This document shows positions 51,086 through 60,172 of a stretch of 64,000 nt of DNA, one piece after another. Each line of letters opens with the position of its first letter. The stretch's first letter is position 1. Where the stretch lies: contig CAJXGD010000004.1 of the NCBI GenBank assembly GCA_913053845.1, forward strand, positions 7,117-71,116, in the 5' to 3' direction. The stretch comes from an uncultured bacterium. Its GTDB lineage: Bacteria > Bipolaricaulota > Bipolaricaulia > RBG-16-55-9 > DRJF01. The notes beneath the pieces are model-generated. The model saw only the letters and a program-made list of their open reading frames with translations, did not search any database and was not told where the DNA came from. The position numbers were made by a program, and so were the translations under genes.

Positions 51086-51925
51086 TTATCGCTTCACGCC
51101 TTCGTGGAGCAACGCCGCCAGCCGCTGCGGGTAGTCGGTGATCAATCCGGCGGCACCGGCAGCGCTGAACCGTCGCATCTGGCTCTCTTCGTTGACCACG
51201 AAAAGATTGACCGCAATGCCTTGCTGGCTGACCGCCCGGATTTGCCGCTCGTCAATCAGGGTGCTGCGGGCATTGTAGCTCTTGAACTCCAGCTTGCCCC
51301 AGTCAAGGGGCTCCTGCTCCGAATAGCCGATCAGAGCTTGGATTTTGATCTGAGGCCGGCGGGCGTGCAGCTCGCGCAGCCACTCATGCACGAACGATGA
51401 GATAACTATCTGGTCGGTCAGGCCCAATTCATCTATCAAGGTCAGCACCCGCTCGACTAGCGGAAAGCTCTGCAGGGGAGCCGGCAGTTGCTTCAGCTCG
51501 ACATTGACGCGATAATCGCGCTCACGGGTGAAGATGAGCGCCTCCCGTAAGCTGGGAATGGGCTCGCCGTGATAGGCCTCTTGCTCGGCGAGGCTCACCT
51601 GCCCGGCAGCGATCTCGCCGAAGGGATCTGCATTCACAAACCAACTGCCGGCATCGAGGGTGCGCAGCTCGGCCAGGGTAAAAGCGGTAAAATACCAGGG
51701 AGCGCGATCGGGAAAGCGTTTTTGTGCGTCGGTAGTGCGCGCCAGCGAATCGTCGTGGAACAGTATGAGCTGGCCGTCGGCGCTCACTCCTATGTCCGTT
51801 TCCCACAGGTCTGCACCCACTTCCTGGGCCTTGGCGGCAGCGACTAAGGTGTTTTCGGGGGCCAAGCTGCGCGCCCCCCGATGGGCAATATTGATCACCC
51901 TGAGCCTTCCCCTTTCCTGATCCAA
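51086..51925 (-). CDS. Glycerophosphodiester phosphodiesterase (GlpQ/UgpQ family)
   Basis: IAHRGA...PENT, ETD, HDDSLARTT, NVELK, ITDYP. Confidence 0.93.
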   Translation of the reverse strand: MDQERGRLRVINIAHRGARSLAPENTLVAAAKAQEVGADLWETDIGVSADGQLILFHDDSLARTTDAQKRFPDRAPWYFTAFTLAELRTLDAGSWFVNADPFGEIAAGQVSLAEQEAYHGEPIPSLREALIFTRERDYRVNVELKQLPAPLQSFPLVERVLTLIDELGLTDQIVISSFVHEWLRELHARRPQIKIQALIGYSEQEPLDWGKLEFKSYNARSTLIDERQIRAVSQQGIAVNLFVVNEESQMRRFSAAGAAGLITDYPQRLAALLHEGVKR

Positions 51926-51934
51926 CCTGCCCCC

Positions 51935-52705
51935 TCAGACGAGCGAGAGCTCAACTCCAAGCTCAGCCAGCAGTTTTTTGTATTCGGGCTCGACTCCCTC
52001 GTCGCTGATGATCAGATCCACATCCCGGAGCTCGGCAATCCTCCCGTGGGCCACCTTGCCGAACTTGCTATGGTCGGCGACGATGACCGTCTTGCTCCCG
52101 GCCCGCATGATCTCTTGTACCGTCTCGGCTTCGTTCAAGGAAGGAATCGTGATCCCTTGCTCGACAGATATCCCATCGGCTCCCAAGAGAACCAGATCGA
52201 AGTAGACCCCCTCCAGGGCACGCTTGGCCAATGGCCCGACCATCGCATAGGATTTCCAGCGCAGGTGGCCACCGATTACCGAGAGGTCCACTTGAGAGAG
52301 ATCGGCGAGCTCGATGGCATGGGTCAGGGCATTGGTAAAAACCTTGAAAGGCTTCACCGGATCGAGGTGGCGCACGATCTCCATGGTGGTCGAGCCATTG
52401 CCGATGAAGATGGCCATGTTCTCCTCTATCAGCTCCGCCGCCGCCCACCCGATGCGCCGTTTCTCCTCGGTGCGCAGCGTGAGCTTCTCTTGATAGGAAG
52501 GTTCAAAGGCCAAACTGTCTCGGGTGACCGCGCCTCCATGAGTGCGGATGATCTCCCCTCGCTCGGCCAATTCTTGCAGGTCTTTACGGATGGTGATCTC
52601 GGAGACGGAGAAGAGCTTGCTCAGTTCTGAGGTCTTCACCGCTCCTTGTTTGCGAATCTGGTCCCTCACCAGCCTGCGCCGCTGCTCCCCCAGGAGTTGA
52701 GTCAT
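51935..52705 (-). CDS. DeoR/GlpR-family transcriptional regulator
   Basis: VSEITIRKDL...RTHGGA, GSTT, ADHSKF. Confidence 0.94.
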   Translation of the reverse strand: MTQLLGEQRRRLVRDQIRKQGAVKTSELSKLFSVSEITIRKDLQELAERGEIIRTHGGAVTRDSLAFEPSYQEKLTLRTEEKRRIGWAAAELIEENMAIFIGNGSTTMEIVRHLDPVKPFKVFTNALTHAIELADLSQVDLSVIGGHLRWKSYAMVGPLAKRALEGVYFDLVLLGADGISVEQGITIPSLNEAETVQEIMRAGSKTVIVADHSKFGKVAHGRIAELRDVDLIISDEGVEPEYKKLLAELGVELSLV

Positions 52706-52751
52706 TACGATTCGATTCCCTTTCTATCTTTTGCTTTCTTTTGTGAAGCAA

Positions 52752-52780
52752 ATTATATCCCGGTGGCGACTGCCTGTCAA
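52752..52780 (-). promoter_or_regulatory. Consensus sigma70 promoter of the glp operon
   Basis: TTGACA-N17-TATAAT; repeated GAAAG/AATCG boxes between the promoter and the start codon. Confidence 0.8.
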
Positions 52781-52874
52781 GACCGCGAATTGCCTCATCA
52801 AATAAGGCGTAATACAGAAAACATGGTGGCGTTAAGAAGAGCCGATATGGTAGACTGGGAGGGAGGTGATACCC

Positions 52875-53198
52875 ATGCCCATCCACTTCTACAAACTTGG
52901 TGAACTCTTCAAACAACGGGCGGTGATCCAAAAGGAACGGACCCCCGCTTGGGCCATCGCTCTGGGCTTGGCTCTCTACGCTCAAGGCCTCAGCCTGCGC
53001 AGAACCGCCTTGACCTTGGCCCAACTGGGAGTCCGTGTCTCCCACGTGGCCGTATGGTACTGGATTCAGTCCTTTGCCGACAAGTGGTCTGTGTGGAACG
53101 GCCCCCTGCCTGAGCGCATCGTGGTTGATGAGACCCAGGTCAAACTGGGTGGGAGGCCCTGCTGTGGTATGATTATAACGGCCAGCCGGTCCCGGTAG
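52875..53198 (+). mobile_element. Truncated IS6-like DDE transposase remnant
   Basis: LYAQGLSLRRTA...VSHVAVWYWIQ helix-turn-helix and VVDETQVK (first catalytic D); similarity then ends. Confidence 0.7.
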
Positions 53199-53226
53199 AC
53201 TCCGACCTACAGTTGTGATCGGTACT

Positions 53227-54663
53227 CTACTCTTCCCCCAAGCGCTCGCGCGCCTGAGCGGGCCAAAGGCCACTGTAAGGTGCGTAGTGCTTGCCCTTCT
53301 CGCCCAGCAGGACCACCACGTCGTCCCCGGCGGCGTCGCTCACGGCCACATCCAACTGTCCATCATGGTTGAAGTCCCCCACCACCGCCGCAAAGGGGGA
53401 ATCTCCGGCCGCGAACTGGATGGGAGGGGCAAAGGTACCGTGCCCGTTGCCCAGCAGGATGGAAATATTATCATCATCCGCGTTGGTCACGATCAAGTCC
53501 TGATGCCCATCTCCGTTGACATCCCCTACCGCAACCCAGTGAGGCAACTTGCCCAGGTGAATGCCCCGTTCGTCATAAGGGAAGTCACCCTTCCCGTCGC
53601 CCAGTGAGATTGAGAGCAGATTGCTCCCCTCGTCGACCACCGCCAAATCCGGATGGTCGTCCTCGTTGAAGTCACCCACCGCGACTCCGGTGGGGTTCAA
53701 CTTGGTCCTGAGCGTGTGAGTCGCGAACTGAAAAGGCTGATCTTCGCCCAGCAGGATGGACAGATTCGCCCCTCGTAGATTGGCTACCAGCAGATCCGGA
53801 TGGCCATCTCCATTGACGTCGGAGGCACTGATGAAGTTGGGAAACTCACCTACGCTCAGGGTGGCCACGCGCTTAAAGTGAGCCTGGCCAACGTTCTGAT
53901 AGAGCACCACGTCGTTCTGGTAGGAGCTGACTACCGCCAAGTCAGGTCGGCCATCGCCGTTGAAGTCCCCGACCGCAATGCCATTGGGAAAGGTGTCGGT
54001 GCGCAGCGTCGTGGCCAACTGAAAGCCCTTGGCCCCCCCGATTAGGATTGAGATTAGATCCTGATCGATGCTGGCCACGGCCAAGTCCGGATAGCCATCA
54101 CCGTTGAAATCACCTACTGCTAGCCAGCCGGGTGAGCGCACCGTGGGGATGGTGTTAGCTCGAAATTTTCCCCCAGCTTCTCCATACAAGACGGTCAGAG
54201 TGCCATCGCGCATGTTGGACACAACCAAATCTGTGTAGCCATCCCGGTTGAAATCCCCCTCGACCAAGCTGGTGGGGGTATGCCCCACCTTGAACACCCG
54301 CTTGGTGAACCCCAAGACGGTAATCACCGTCTCCTGCTGAGCGCTCCGTCCCTGCGGAGTCTTCACCGTCAGCCGCACCGTATATATCCCGACCTGAGTG
54401 AACGTATGCTGCACCGTACTCCCGTGCGCCCGGCTGCCATCTCCGAACTCCCAGCTCATCTGCAAACCTGCTGAGCCGGCCGAGCCAGACCCCTCAAAGT
54501 CTACCTTGAGCGGGACGGCCCCGCTTTGCACCGAAGCAACCAACACCACCGTAGGAGCAGGCAAGCTCCTCTGGAAGATCAGATAATAACCGCTGAGCCC
54601 GATCAGCAGCGCCAGCACTACCAACACCATCAGGGTCAGCTTCTTCTTGACATGAAGCTTCAT
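53227..54663 (-). CDS. Membrane-anchored PKD + FG-GAP repeat (beta-propeller) protein
   Basis: N-terminal TM; WEFGDG PKD motif; seven GD(F/V)NxDGxxD-type repeats; ATGA overlap with the ugpE-like stop. Confidence 0.88.
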   Translation of the reverse strand: MKLHVKKKLTLMVLVVLALLIGLSGYYLIFQRSLPAPTVVLVASVQSGAVPLKVDFEGSGSAGSAGLQMSWEFGDGSRAHGSTVQHTFTQVGIYTVRLTVKTPQGRSAQQETVITVLGFTKRVFKVGHTPTSLVEGDFNRDGYTDLVVSNMRDGTLTVLYGEAGGKFRANTIPTVRSPGWLAVGDFNGDGYPDLAVASIDQDLISILIGGAKGFQLATTLRTDTFPNGIAVGDFNGDGRPDLAVVSSYQNDVVLYQNVGQAHFKRVATLSVGEFPNFISASDVNGDGHPDLLVANLRGANLSILLGEDQPFQFATHTLRTKLNPTGVAVGDFNEDDHPDLAVVDEGSNLLSISLGDGKGDFPYDERGIHLGKLPHWVAVGDVNGDGHQDLIVTNADDDNISILLGNGHGTFAPPIQFAAGDSPFAAVVGDFNHDGQLDVAVSDAAGDDVVVLLGEKGKHYAPYSGLWPAQARERLGEE

Positions 54664-55484
54664 TTTTCCTCCGATAGCGCGAAACCGTGCATAAACTGCT
54701 CCTGGAGCAGCAAGAACAGGAGCAGCGGAGGCATGATGGCCATCACCGAACCGGCCATTACCATGCCCCACTGAATGGCTTCTTCCGGGCTACGCAAGAG
54801 CTTCAGGCCAATCTGGATAACCTGTTTATCGGGTGAACTTATGATCAGCAGCGGCCACAGGTATTGGTTCCACATATAGACAAACTCGATCACTGCCAGC
54901 GCCCCAATGGTGTTCCAGGACATCGGTATCAGTATCTTCATCAGAAAGCGCAACGGCCCCGCCCCGTCAATGCGCGCCGCGTCCACCAGCGAGTGCGGAA
55001 TGGACATAAAATGCTGCCGAAAGAGAAAGGTGCCCGTGGCACTGGCCAGGAACGGCAGGATCAAGGCCCAGTAGGTGTTCCCTAGTTTGAGCGAAGCCGC
55101 CAGGTTGAACAGGGGTACGATGCGCACCGGCACCGGCATCATCAGCGTGACCAGGATGAAGAAGAAGACTGCGCCTTTCCAGGGGAATTCGAAGTAGACC
55201 AGCGCCAGCGCGGCCAGCAGGGCCAAGGCCGTTTTGCCCACCGTGACCACGAGCGAGATCCAGGTGCTGTTGAGCATCATGCGCCCCAGCCCCAGTTGCC
55301 AGGCGTGCTGAAAGTTTTGCACTAGGCCGGAGCCAGGAGCAATTCTAGGGGGATAGGTATAGGCTTCAGCGCGGGTCTGGGTGCTGCCCAAGAAGGCGTA
55401 GATCAAGGGCGCGGCCACCACCACCGTGCTGAGCAGCAGCGTCAGATGCACCAGCAGTATCCTCCACTTCAAGCGTTTAAGCAT
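54660..55484 (-). CDS. Carbohydrate/G3P ABC permease (UgpE-like)
   Basis: ASATGTFLFRQHF, DAARIDGAGP, WNQYLWPL. Confidence 0.9.
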   Translation of the reverse strand: MLKRLKWRILLVHLTLLLSTVVVAAPLIYAFLGSTQTRAEAYTYPPRIAPGSGLVQNFQHAWQLGLGRMMLNSTWISLVVTVGKTALALLAALALVYFEFPWKGAVFFFILVTLMMPVPVRIVPLFNLAASLKLGNTYWALILPFLASATGTFLFRQHFMSIPHSLVDAARIDGAGPLRFLMKILIPMSWNTIGALAVIEFVYMWNQYLWPLLIISSPDKQVIQIGLKLLRSPEEAIQWGMVMAGSVMAIMPPLLLFLLLQEQFMHGFALSEEK

Positions 55485-56358
55485 AATACACCCATTTTCG
55501 CTGGATTCTGAACTGAATCCAGGTTAGAATCACCATCATCACGAACAAGATGGCGGACTCTGCCGAGGCCAAGCCGGTCTCGAAATAGCGGAAACCGTCC
55601 TGATAGAGCCGATAGATCATGATATTGGTGGCGTTCACCGGCCCGCCAGCGGTCATGATGTCGATCATCCCGAAGGTTTCAAAGAAAACATAGACCAAAT
55701 CGGTGATGACCAAAAAGAAAGTAGTAGGAGAGATCAGCGTGAAAGTCACCCGCCAAAAGCGTTGGAAGGCGTTGGCACCATCTATTGTAGCGGCTTCCAG
55801 CACCTGGCCGGGCACGTTTTGCAGCGCGGCCAGATAGAAGACGATATTATAGCCCAATTGCTTCCAAGCGGCGGTGAAGATCACCAATAGCAGCGCCAGC
55901 GTGGGGTTCCCAATCCAGTTAGGCTGTATGTTAAACAGGGTTCCCAGCGCGTAGTTGACCACTCCAGAATTAGGGCTAAAGATGTAAAGCCAGATGAGTC
56001 CGGCCACCGCCGGCGAGAGGGCATAGGGCCAGATGAGGGCCATGCGATAAATGCGTGCCCCCTTGATCTTCTTGTTGAGCAGCAGGGCCAGGCCCAATCC
56101 CCCGGACATGCTGAGCAACAACACCCCACCGCTGAAGATCAACGAGACCATCACGCTGTAGAGGTAATCTGGCGACTGGAACAAACTGAGATAGTTTCCG
56201 ATCCCCACAAAAGTTTTTCTCAACCCAAAGAAAGCCACCTGATAGGTAGATAAGATAAACGTTTCAATTTGAGGGTAATACAGGAAGACGGTCAGAATCA
56301 CAAAGGTGGGCAGCAGCAGGAAAAACGGCAGCAGACGCCCTTTGAATTTTGATGCCAT
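55477..56358 (-). CDS. Carbohydrate/G3P ABC permease (UgpA-like)
   Basis: WPYALSPAVAG, WKQLGYN, EAATIDGA, SPTTFFL, TAGGP. Confidence 0.9.
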   Translation of the reverse strand: MASKFKGRLLPFFLLLPTFVILTVFLYYPQIETFILSTYQVAFFGLRKTFVGIGNYLSLFQSPDYLYSVMVSLIFSGGVLLLSMSGGLGLALLLNKKIKGARIYRMALIWPYALSPAVAGLIWLYIFSPNSGVVNYALGTLFNIQPNWIGNPTLALLLVIFTAAWKQLGYNIVFYLAALQNVPGQVLEAATIDGANAFQRFWRVTFTLISPTTFFLVITDLVYVFFETFGMIDIMTAGGPVNATNIMIYRLYQDGFRYFETGLASAESAILFVMMVILTWIQFRIQRKWVYYA

Positions 56359-56404
56359 CAGCTTATCTTTATCGTGAGCAAGCTAGTAGGCATATAGGTA
56401 AGAC

Positions 56405-56438
56405 AAAGGGGAGAAACCCCATGGAGATCTCTCCCCTT
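56405..56438 (-). terminator. Stem-loop after the SBP gene
   Basis: aaggggaga...tctcccctt inverted repeat. Confidence 0.55.
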
Positions 56439-56454
56439 CGCCCGATTTCCGGTT

Positions 56455-57909
56455 TTAGGCACAACCCGGATTATTGACGCCGATCGATTTTTGGTAGTCG
56501 CAGATGGCCTTATCGGCCTTAGTACCTATCGCTTTTAGCTCTGTATCCACGGCCTGCACCACCGGCATGCCGCCCTTGATGTCCGCTTCTAGCGACTCAA
56601 AGCCGTGTTCCACGATGGTGCGGACCTTCAAGAAAGCCCCTATCCTGGCCCCGTTGGTGGCCGAATTATCTTTGGTCTCGGTGAGTTGGTCCAGTGCGGT
56701 CTTCAGATTCGGCCGAGCCTTAAAGGTGCCCTGCGCTTGCAAGACGCTCAGGGCCTGGGTGGTCACCGGGAAGTAGCCCGACTGCTGGTGCCAGCGGATG
56801 GTTTGCGCCGTCTCCGACATCCAAACGGAGAAGGTGGCCGCGTCGCAGAGGTTCTGCGCGCCCTGCTTGGCCGGCAGCCAGAGCGCGGCGCCGCCGATGA
56901 TCACCCCGTTGCGATTGTTATTATCGGGCACGGGCAGGAAGGCGGTCCCGACCTCGAAGCCGTTATTGAACGCGTCGCGCGCCAGGATGGTCACCTCTGA
57001 GGTCGAGGTGATCTCGATGGGATCCTGCTGGGCCAGGAAGAGGCGATCGGCTTCGTCCCAAGCCTCAAAGCCCGGATTGGTGTACAGCCCGTCCTTGACC
57101 AGGGTGCCCCACCAGTTGTAGAGCGTCTTGGCCGCCTTCGAGTCGAAGTTGAGGTGGGAGGGCCGGCCCTGCCGGCCGTTGCCGTTGTTGACCAGATCTT
57201 GCCCTTGCTCGGCGAACCATTCCTCCACGAACCAGGAGTGGTTAGGCCAGTTGATCACACCCTTATCGAACTGCCCGGTGGCCTTCAGCTTGTTGCCGAT
57301 GTCAATGATGTCTTGGAAGGTAGGCTTCTCGGGCATGGTGATCCCGAATTTGTCAAAGATAGTCTTGTTATAGAATACGATGGGATTCGACGAATTCCAA
57401 GGGAACGAAGTCAGAGTCCCATCCTTAGCGCGGTAATAGTTCACGATGGCCGGGATGAAGTTGCTGGTGTTGAAACCTTCGAGCTCACCCAACTTCGCCT
57501 GGTCAATCGTGTTCAGCTGGCCCTTGGAGTTTAGGTCCTGCATACTGGCGATGCACTGCTTGACCACATTCCCGGCCAGCGCGAAGACGCCGCTATCCAG
57601 CACCTCCTGAGTTCCGACATCGAAGATTTGAGCGATGTTGGGGATTGCTTTGGTGTCCCCGGCCGCGGTGGCTTCGATCGTTTTTTGTAGATTGTCGCGA
57701 TAGCTGCCGTTAAAGACCGCGGTCACTTCGATGTCAGGATGAGTCGCATTGAAATCGGCGACCATACGCTCGATAACCGGAATGCGGCTGCCCCCCATGG
57801 CATGGAAGAACTTGATCTGATTTGGCTTAGCTTGACCGGCCATCATCACCACGCTCCAGCTAAGCAACACCGCCAGAGCTACCACCCCTACTAACCATCT
57901 TTTGGACAT
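56455..57909 (-). CDS. ABC substrate-binding protein (UgpB-like)
   Basis: Signal peptide; FFHAMGG, QIFDVGT, PWNSSNP, IGGAALW, WHQQSGYFP. Confidence 0.88.
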   Translation of the reverse strand: MSKRWLVGVVALAVLLSWSVVMMAGQAKPNQIKFFHAMGGSRIPVIERMVADFNATHPDIEVTAVFNGSYRDNLQKTIEATAAGDTKAIPNIAQIFDVGTQEVLDSGVFALAGNVVKQCIASMQDLNSKGQLNTIDQAKLGELEGFNTSNFIPAIVNYYRAKDGTLTSFPWNSSNPIVFYNKTIFDKFGITMPEKPTFQDIIDIGNKLKATGQFDKGVINWPNHSWFVEEWFAEQGQDLVNNGNGRQGRPSHLNFDSKAAKTLYNWWGTLVKDGLYTNPGFEAWDEADRLFLAQQDPIEITSTSEVTILARDAFNNGFEVGTAFLPVPDNNNRNGVIIGGAALWLPAKQGAQNLCDAATFSVWMSETAQTIRWHQQSGYFPVTTQALSVLQAQGTFKARPNLKTALDQLTETKDNSATNGARIGAFLKVRTIVEHGFESLEADIKGGMPVVQAVDTELKAIGTKADKAICDYQKSIGVNNPGCA

Positions 57910-58016
57910 CGTTACTCCTCCTTAAACTTAAAGAGACATTTAGGATCGGGCAAGCTCAACTGCACTGCTGGCATCCTGCCTATGATCGCCTTTTTCTAGT
58001 GATCACCTCCTGTTTT

Positions 58017-58078
58017 GTTTACAATCGTAAGCTTACGTTTACAATCGAAAGTATATCATGGACTTCTTCTTTTGTCAA
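58017..58078 (-). promoter_or_regulatory. ugp promoter with overlapping operator-like repeats
   Basis: TTGACA-N17-TATACT (58078-58050); gtttacaatcg direct repeat at 58017 and 58037 bridged by the palindrome cgtaagcttacg. Confidence 0.75.
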
Positions 58079-58187
58079 GTGGCCAAATGGTTAACCCCCC
58101 TATCCCCAAATTATAGGCCTCGGCCCACTTGAAGTAGAGCGGCGCTGGGAAGGTCGCTCCGGCTGCGTTGAGCCACTTCTTAAGCAT
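58056..58187 (-). pseudogene. pstS: pstS micro-remnant (43-aa ORF)
   Basis: MLKKW-LNAAGATFPAPLYFKWAEAY matches the mature N-terminus of PstS; purine-rich RBS; the rest of the gene is absent. Confidence 0.7.
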
Positions 58188-58263
58188 CGAACCTCTTCCT
58201 TTTGTTTGGAGTGGACGGACCGACCCGGGACCCGATGCCCCAGTTGCGGTCGTCTACATAGCC

Positions 58264-58335
58264 GTATATATCTATATGTGCTACTAGATATATACTTCAT
58301 ATAAATAGTATATAGCATTGGGGCCACTTTGTCAA
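58264..58335 (-). promoter_or_regulatory. Promoter and AT-rich palindromic operator upstream of the pstS remnant
   Basis: TTGACA-N17-TATACT (58335-58307); perfect inverted repeat gtatatatcta-N10-tagatatatac (58264-58295). Confidence 0.65.
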
Positions 58336-58503
58336 GAGGCAGAGTTGTCCAAATACAAGATGAGCCTGAGCAACGAGGTGGCCTTCAGCCAGCGCGAGTC
58401 AAATCAGAGGGGGTGGAAGCGGGTCCACCAAGCGTTGCCTGGACAGAGCGCACTGGCTAGAATGACCTGGAGAGATGAGATCAGCTCATCAGGAGGCTAA
58501 CCG

Positions 58504-58983
58504 ATGGCAATCGAATTGGGACAGCGAGCACCGGATTTCACCGCCCCCTGCGGCGATGGCACCCAAGTCCAACAGTTTACCCTGAGCCAGGAGCTGGGCG
58601 ATAAGAATATCGTCTTGGCCTTCTTTCCTCTGGCTTTCACCCCCGTTTGCACCGATGAACTCTGCGAATTCCGCGATCACCTGGCCCAGTTAGGCCAACT
58701 GGACGCCAAGGTGCTGGGGATCAGTGTGGATAGCCCCTTCACTCAAAACGCCTTTATCAAGGCCAATGGTTTGAGCTTCAAGCTGGTCTCCGACTTCAAC
58801 AAGGAGATCATTGAGCAATACGGCGTAAAATATCAGGAGCTAGGTGGCCTGAAAGGCGTGGCCAAGCGCAGCATCTTCCTGCTGGATAAGCAGGGCACGG
58901 TGCGCTACAAGTGGATCAGTGAGGATGCGGGGGTGAAGCCCGCTCAGCAGGAGATCATCAAGGCTTTGGAGAGCATTCGCTAG
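58504..58983 (+). CDS. Peroxiredoxin (AhpC/TSA family)
   Basis: FFPLAFTPVCTDE, GISVDS, LVSDFN, AKRSIF. Confidence 0.92.
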   Translation: MAIELGQRAPDFTAPCGDGTQVQQFTLSQELGDKNIVLAFFPLAFTPVCTDELCEFRDHLAQLGQLDAKVLGISVDSPFTQNAFIKANGLSFKLVSDFNKEIIEQYGVKYQELGGLKGVAKRSIFLLDKQGTVRYKWISEDAGVKPAQQEIIKALESIR

Positions 58984-60172
58984 GCTGAGCAGCGCGGAAG
59001 CGCTCTTCATGATAGAGGGCGTAGGCCAGCCCGAGAAAGATGACGAAAGCCAGGGAGCAGACGAGCTGCAAGCTGGGGAGGATGCCCCAATAGTCGGCCA
59101 GGCGACCCACGCCCACGACCAGCAGCCCGGCGGTGCCCCAGCCCAACCCCATCACGACTGCCGAGGCGGTGTTGGTGTTGGCCGGGGCGATCTCCTGAGC
59201 TTGGGCTAGGATCACCGGGCCGGATGATTGGAGAGCCATGCCGGCCAGTATCAGCAGCGCGAAGGAAAGCGGCCCGGTAGTGACGGTAAAGCCGAAGCTG
59301 AGCGGAAAGCCTAGCCCCAGGCCGATGACGATCAACAGCCTGCGACCCAGACGGTCGGAGAGATGACCGGCCAACAGGCCACCTACCGCTCCGGCAGCCA
59401 AGAAGCCCGAAAGGACCACGCTGCCCACCACATAGCCCAGTCCCTGACGCACCAACAGGATGATCAGAAAGGTCACAAAAGAGAGCATCACGGTGTGGCG
59501 GACCACCACCGTGCCCCAAAGCAACAGCAGCGGTCGCAACTGCCGGTGCTCCGGCCGGGCGGCGACGGCCGGAGCTGCCGCAGCGGAGCTGCCACGGCGC
59601 ATCCAGGGATAGAGGCCGCTCACCACCATGATCAGGGGCAAGATGGCCCAATAGGTGCGGGAGAAGCCGAAATGGGCGATGAAGAGGGCCATCAGCAGTG
59701 GTCCCAGCGAGAAGCCCAGCGCCCCGGAGGCACTGAAAAACGAGAGCATCAGCCCGCGGCGACCGGTGGCCCAGCGACCGACGCGCGCGGCGGCCTGGGG
59801 GTGGAACATCGCCGTGCCGCTGGCGGCGATCAGCAGGGCTAGCAGCACCGGCTGATAGCTGGGCCAGAGCCCGATGCTGCTCATGAACAGACCGGTGAGC
59901 AACGGCCCTAGCGCCACGAAGTTCCAGCGGGAGAGGCGATCCCCCAGGTAGCCGAAGAGCAACTGGGAGAGGGAGCTACCGATGGTATACACCGAGGCCA
60001 GCAGGCCCACCAGGGTCAGGCTCAGGCCAAATTTGCCTTGGAGCAAGGGCAGAAAGGCCGGCAGAAAATTGGAGTAAGTATCATTGAGAAAATGGCTCAG
60101 TAAGAGGGGCAGAACGCTCGAGCGTCGGGGGCGCAGCAGCGGAGCTGCACCGGTCGGTCTAGCAGACAGGAT
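58958..60172 (-). CDS. MFS transporter (Fsr-like), probable ATC/CTG start
   Basis: The frame extends upstream of TTG 60046 through SHFLNDTYSNFLP; FHPQA, GHLSDRLGRR; GGGAGGT RBS before ATC 60172. Confidence 0.85.
   Translation of the reverse strand: MLSARPTGAAPLLRPRRSSVLPLLLSHFLNDTYSNFLPAFLPLLQGKFGLSLTLVGLLASVYTIGSSLSQLLFGYLGDRLSRWNFVALGPLLTGLFMSSIGLWPSYQPVLLALLIAASGTAMFHPQAAARVGRWATGRRGLMLSFFSASGALGFSLGPLLMALFIAHFGFSRTYWAILPLIMVVSGLYPWMRRGSSAAAAPAVAARPEHRQLRPLLLLWGTVVVRHTVMLSFVTFLIILLVRQGLGYVVGSVVLSGFLAAGAVGGLLAGHLSDRLGRRLLIVIGLGLGFPLSFGFTVTTGPLSFALLILAGMALQSSGPVILAQAQEIAPANTNTASAVVMGLGWGTAGLLVVGVGRLADYWGILPSLQLVCSLAFVIFLGLAYALYHEERFRAAQPSECSPKP

Noticed and set aside
52584-53273. 229-aa minus-strand ORF
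   Set aside because: Antisense to the transposase stub and runs across the glp promoter; no motifs.
53300-54260. Periodic DNA repeats that could be taken for a CRISPR array
   Set aside because: They are degenerate codon-level FG-GAP repeats inside a CDS; no identical repeats with spacers and no cas genes.
58100-58327. 75-aa ORF MAPMLYTIY...
   Set aside because: Runs through a promoter and operator; the PstS-like signal is in a different frame.
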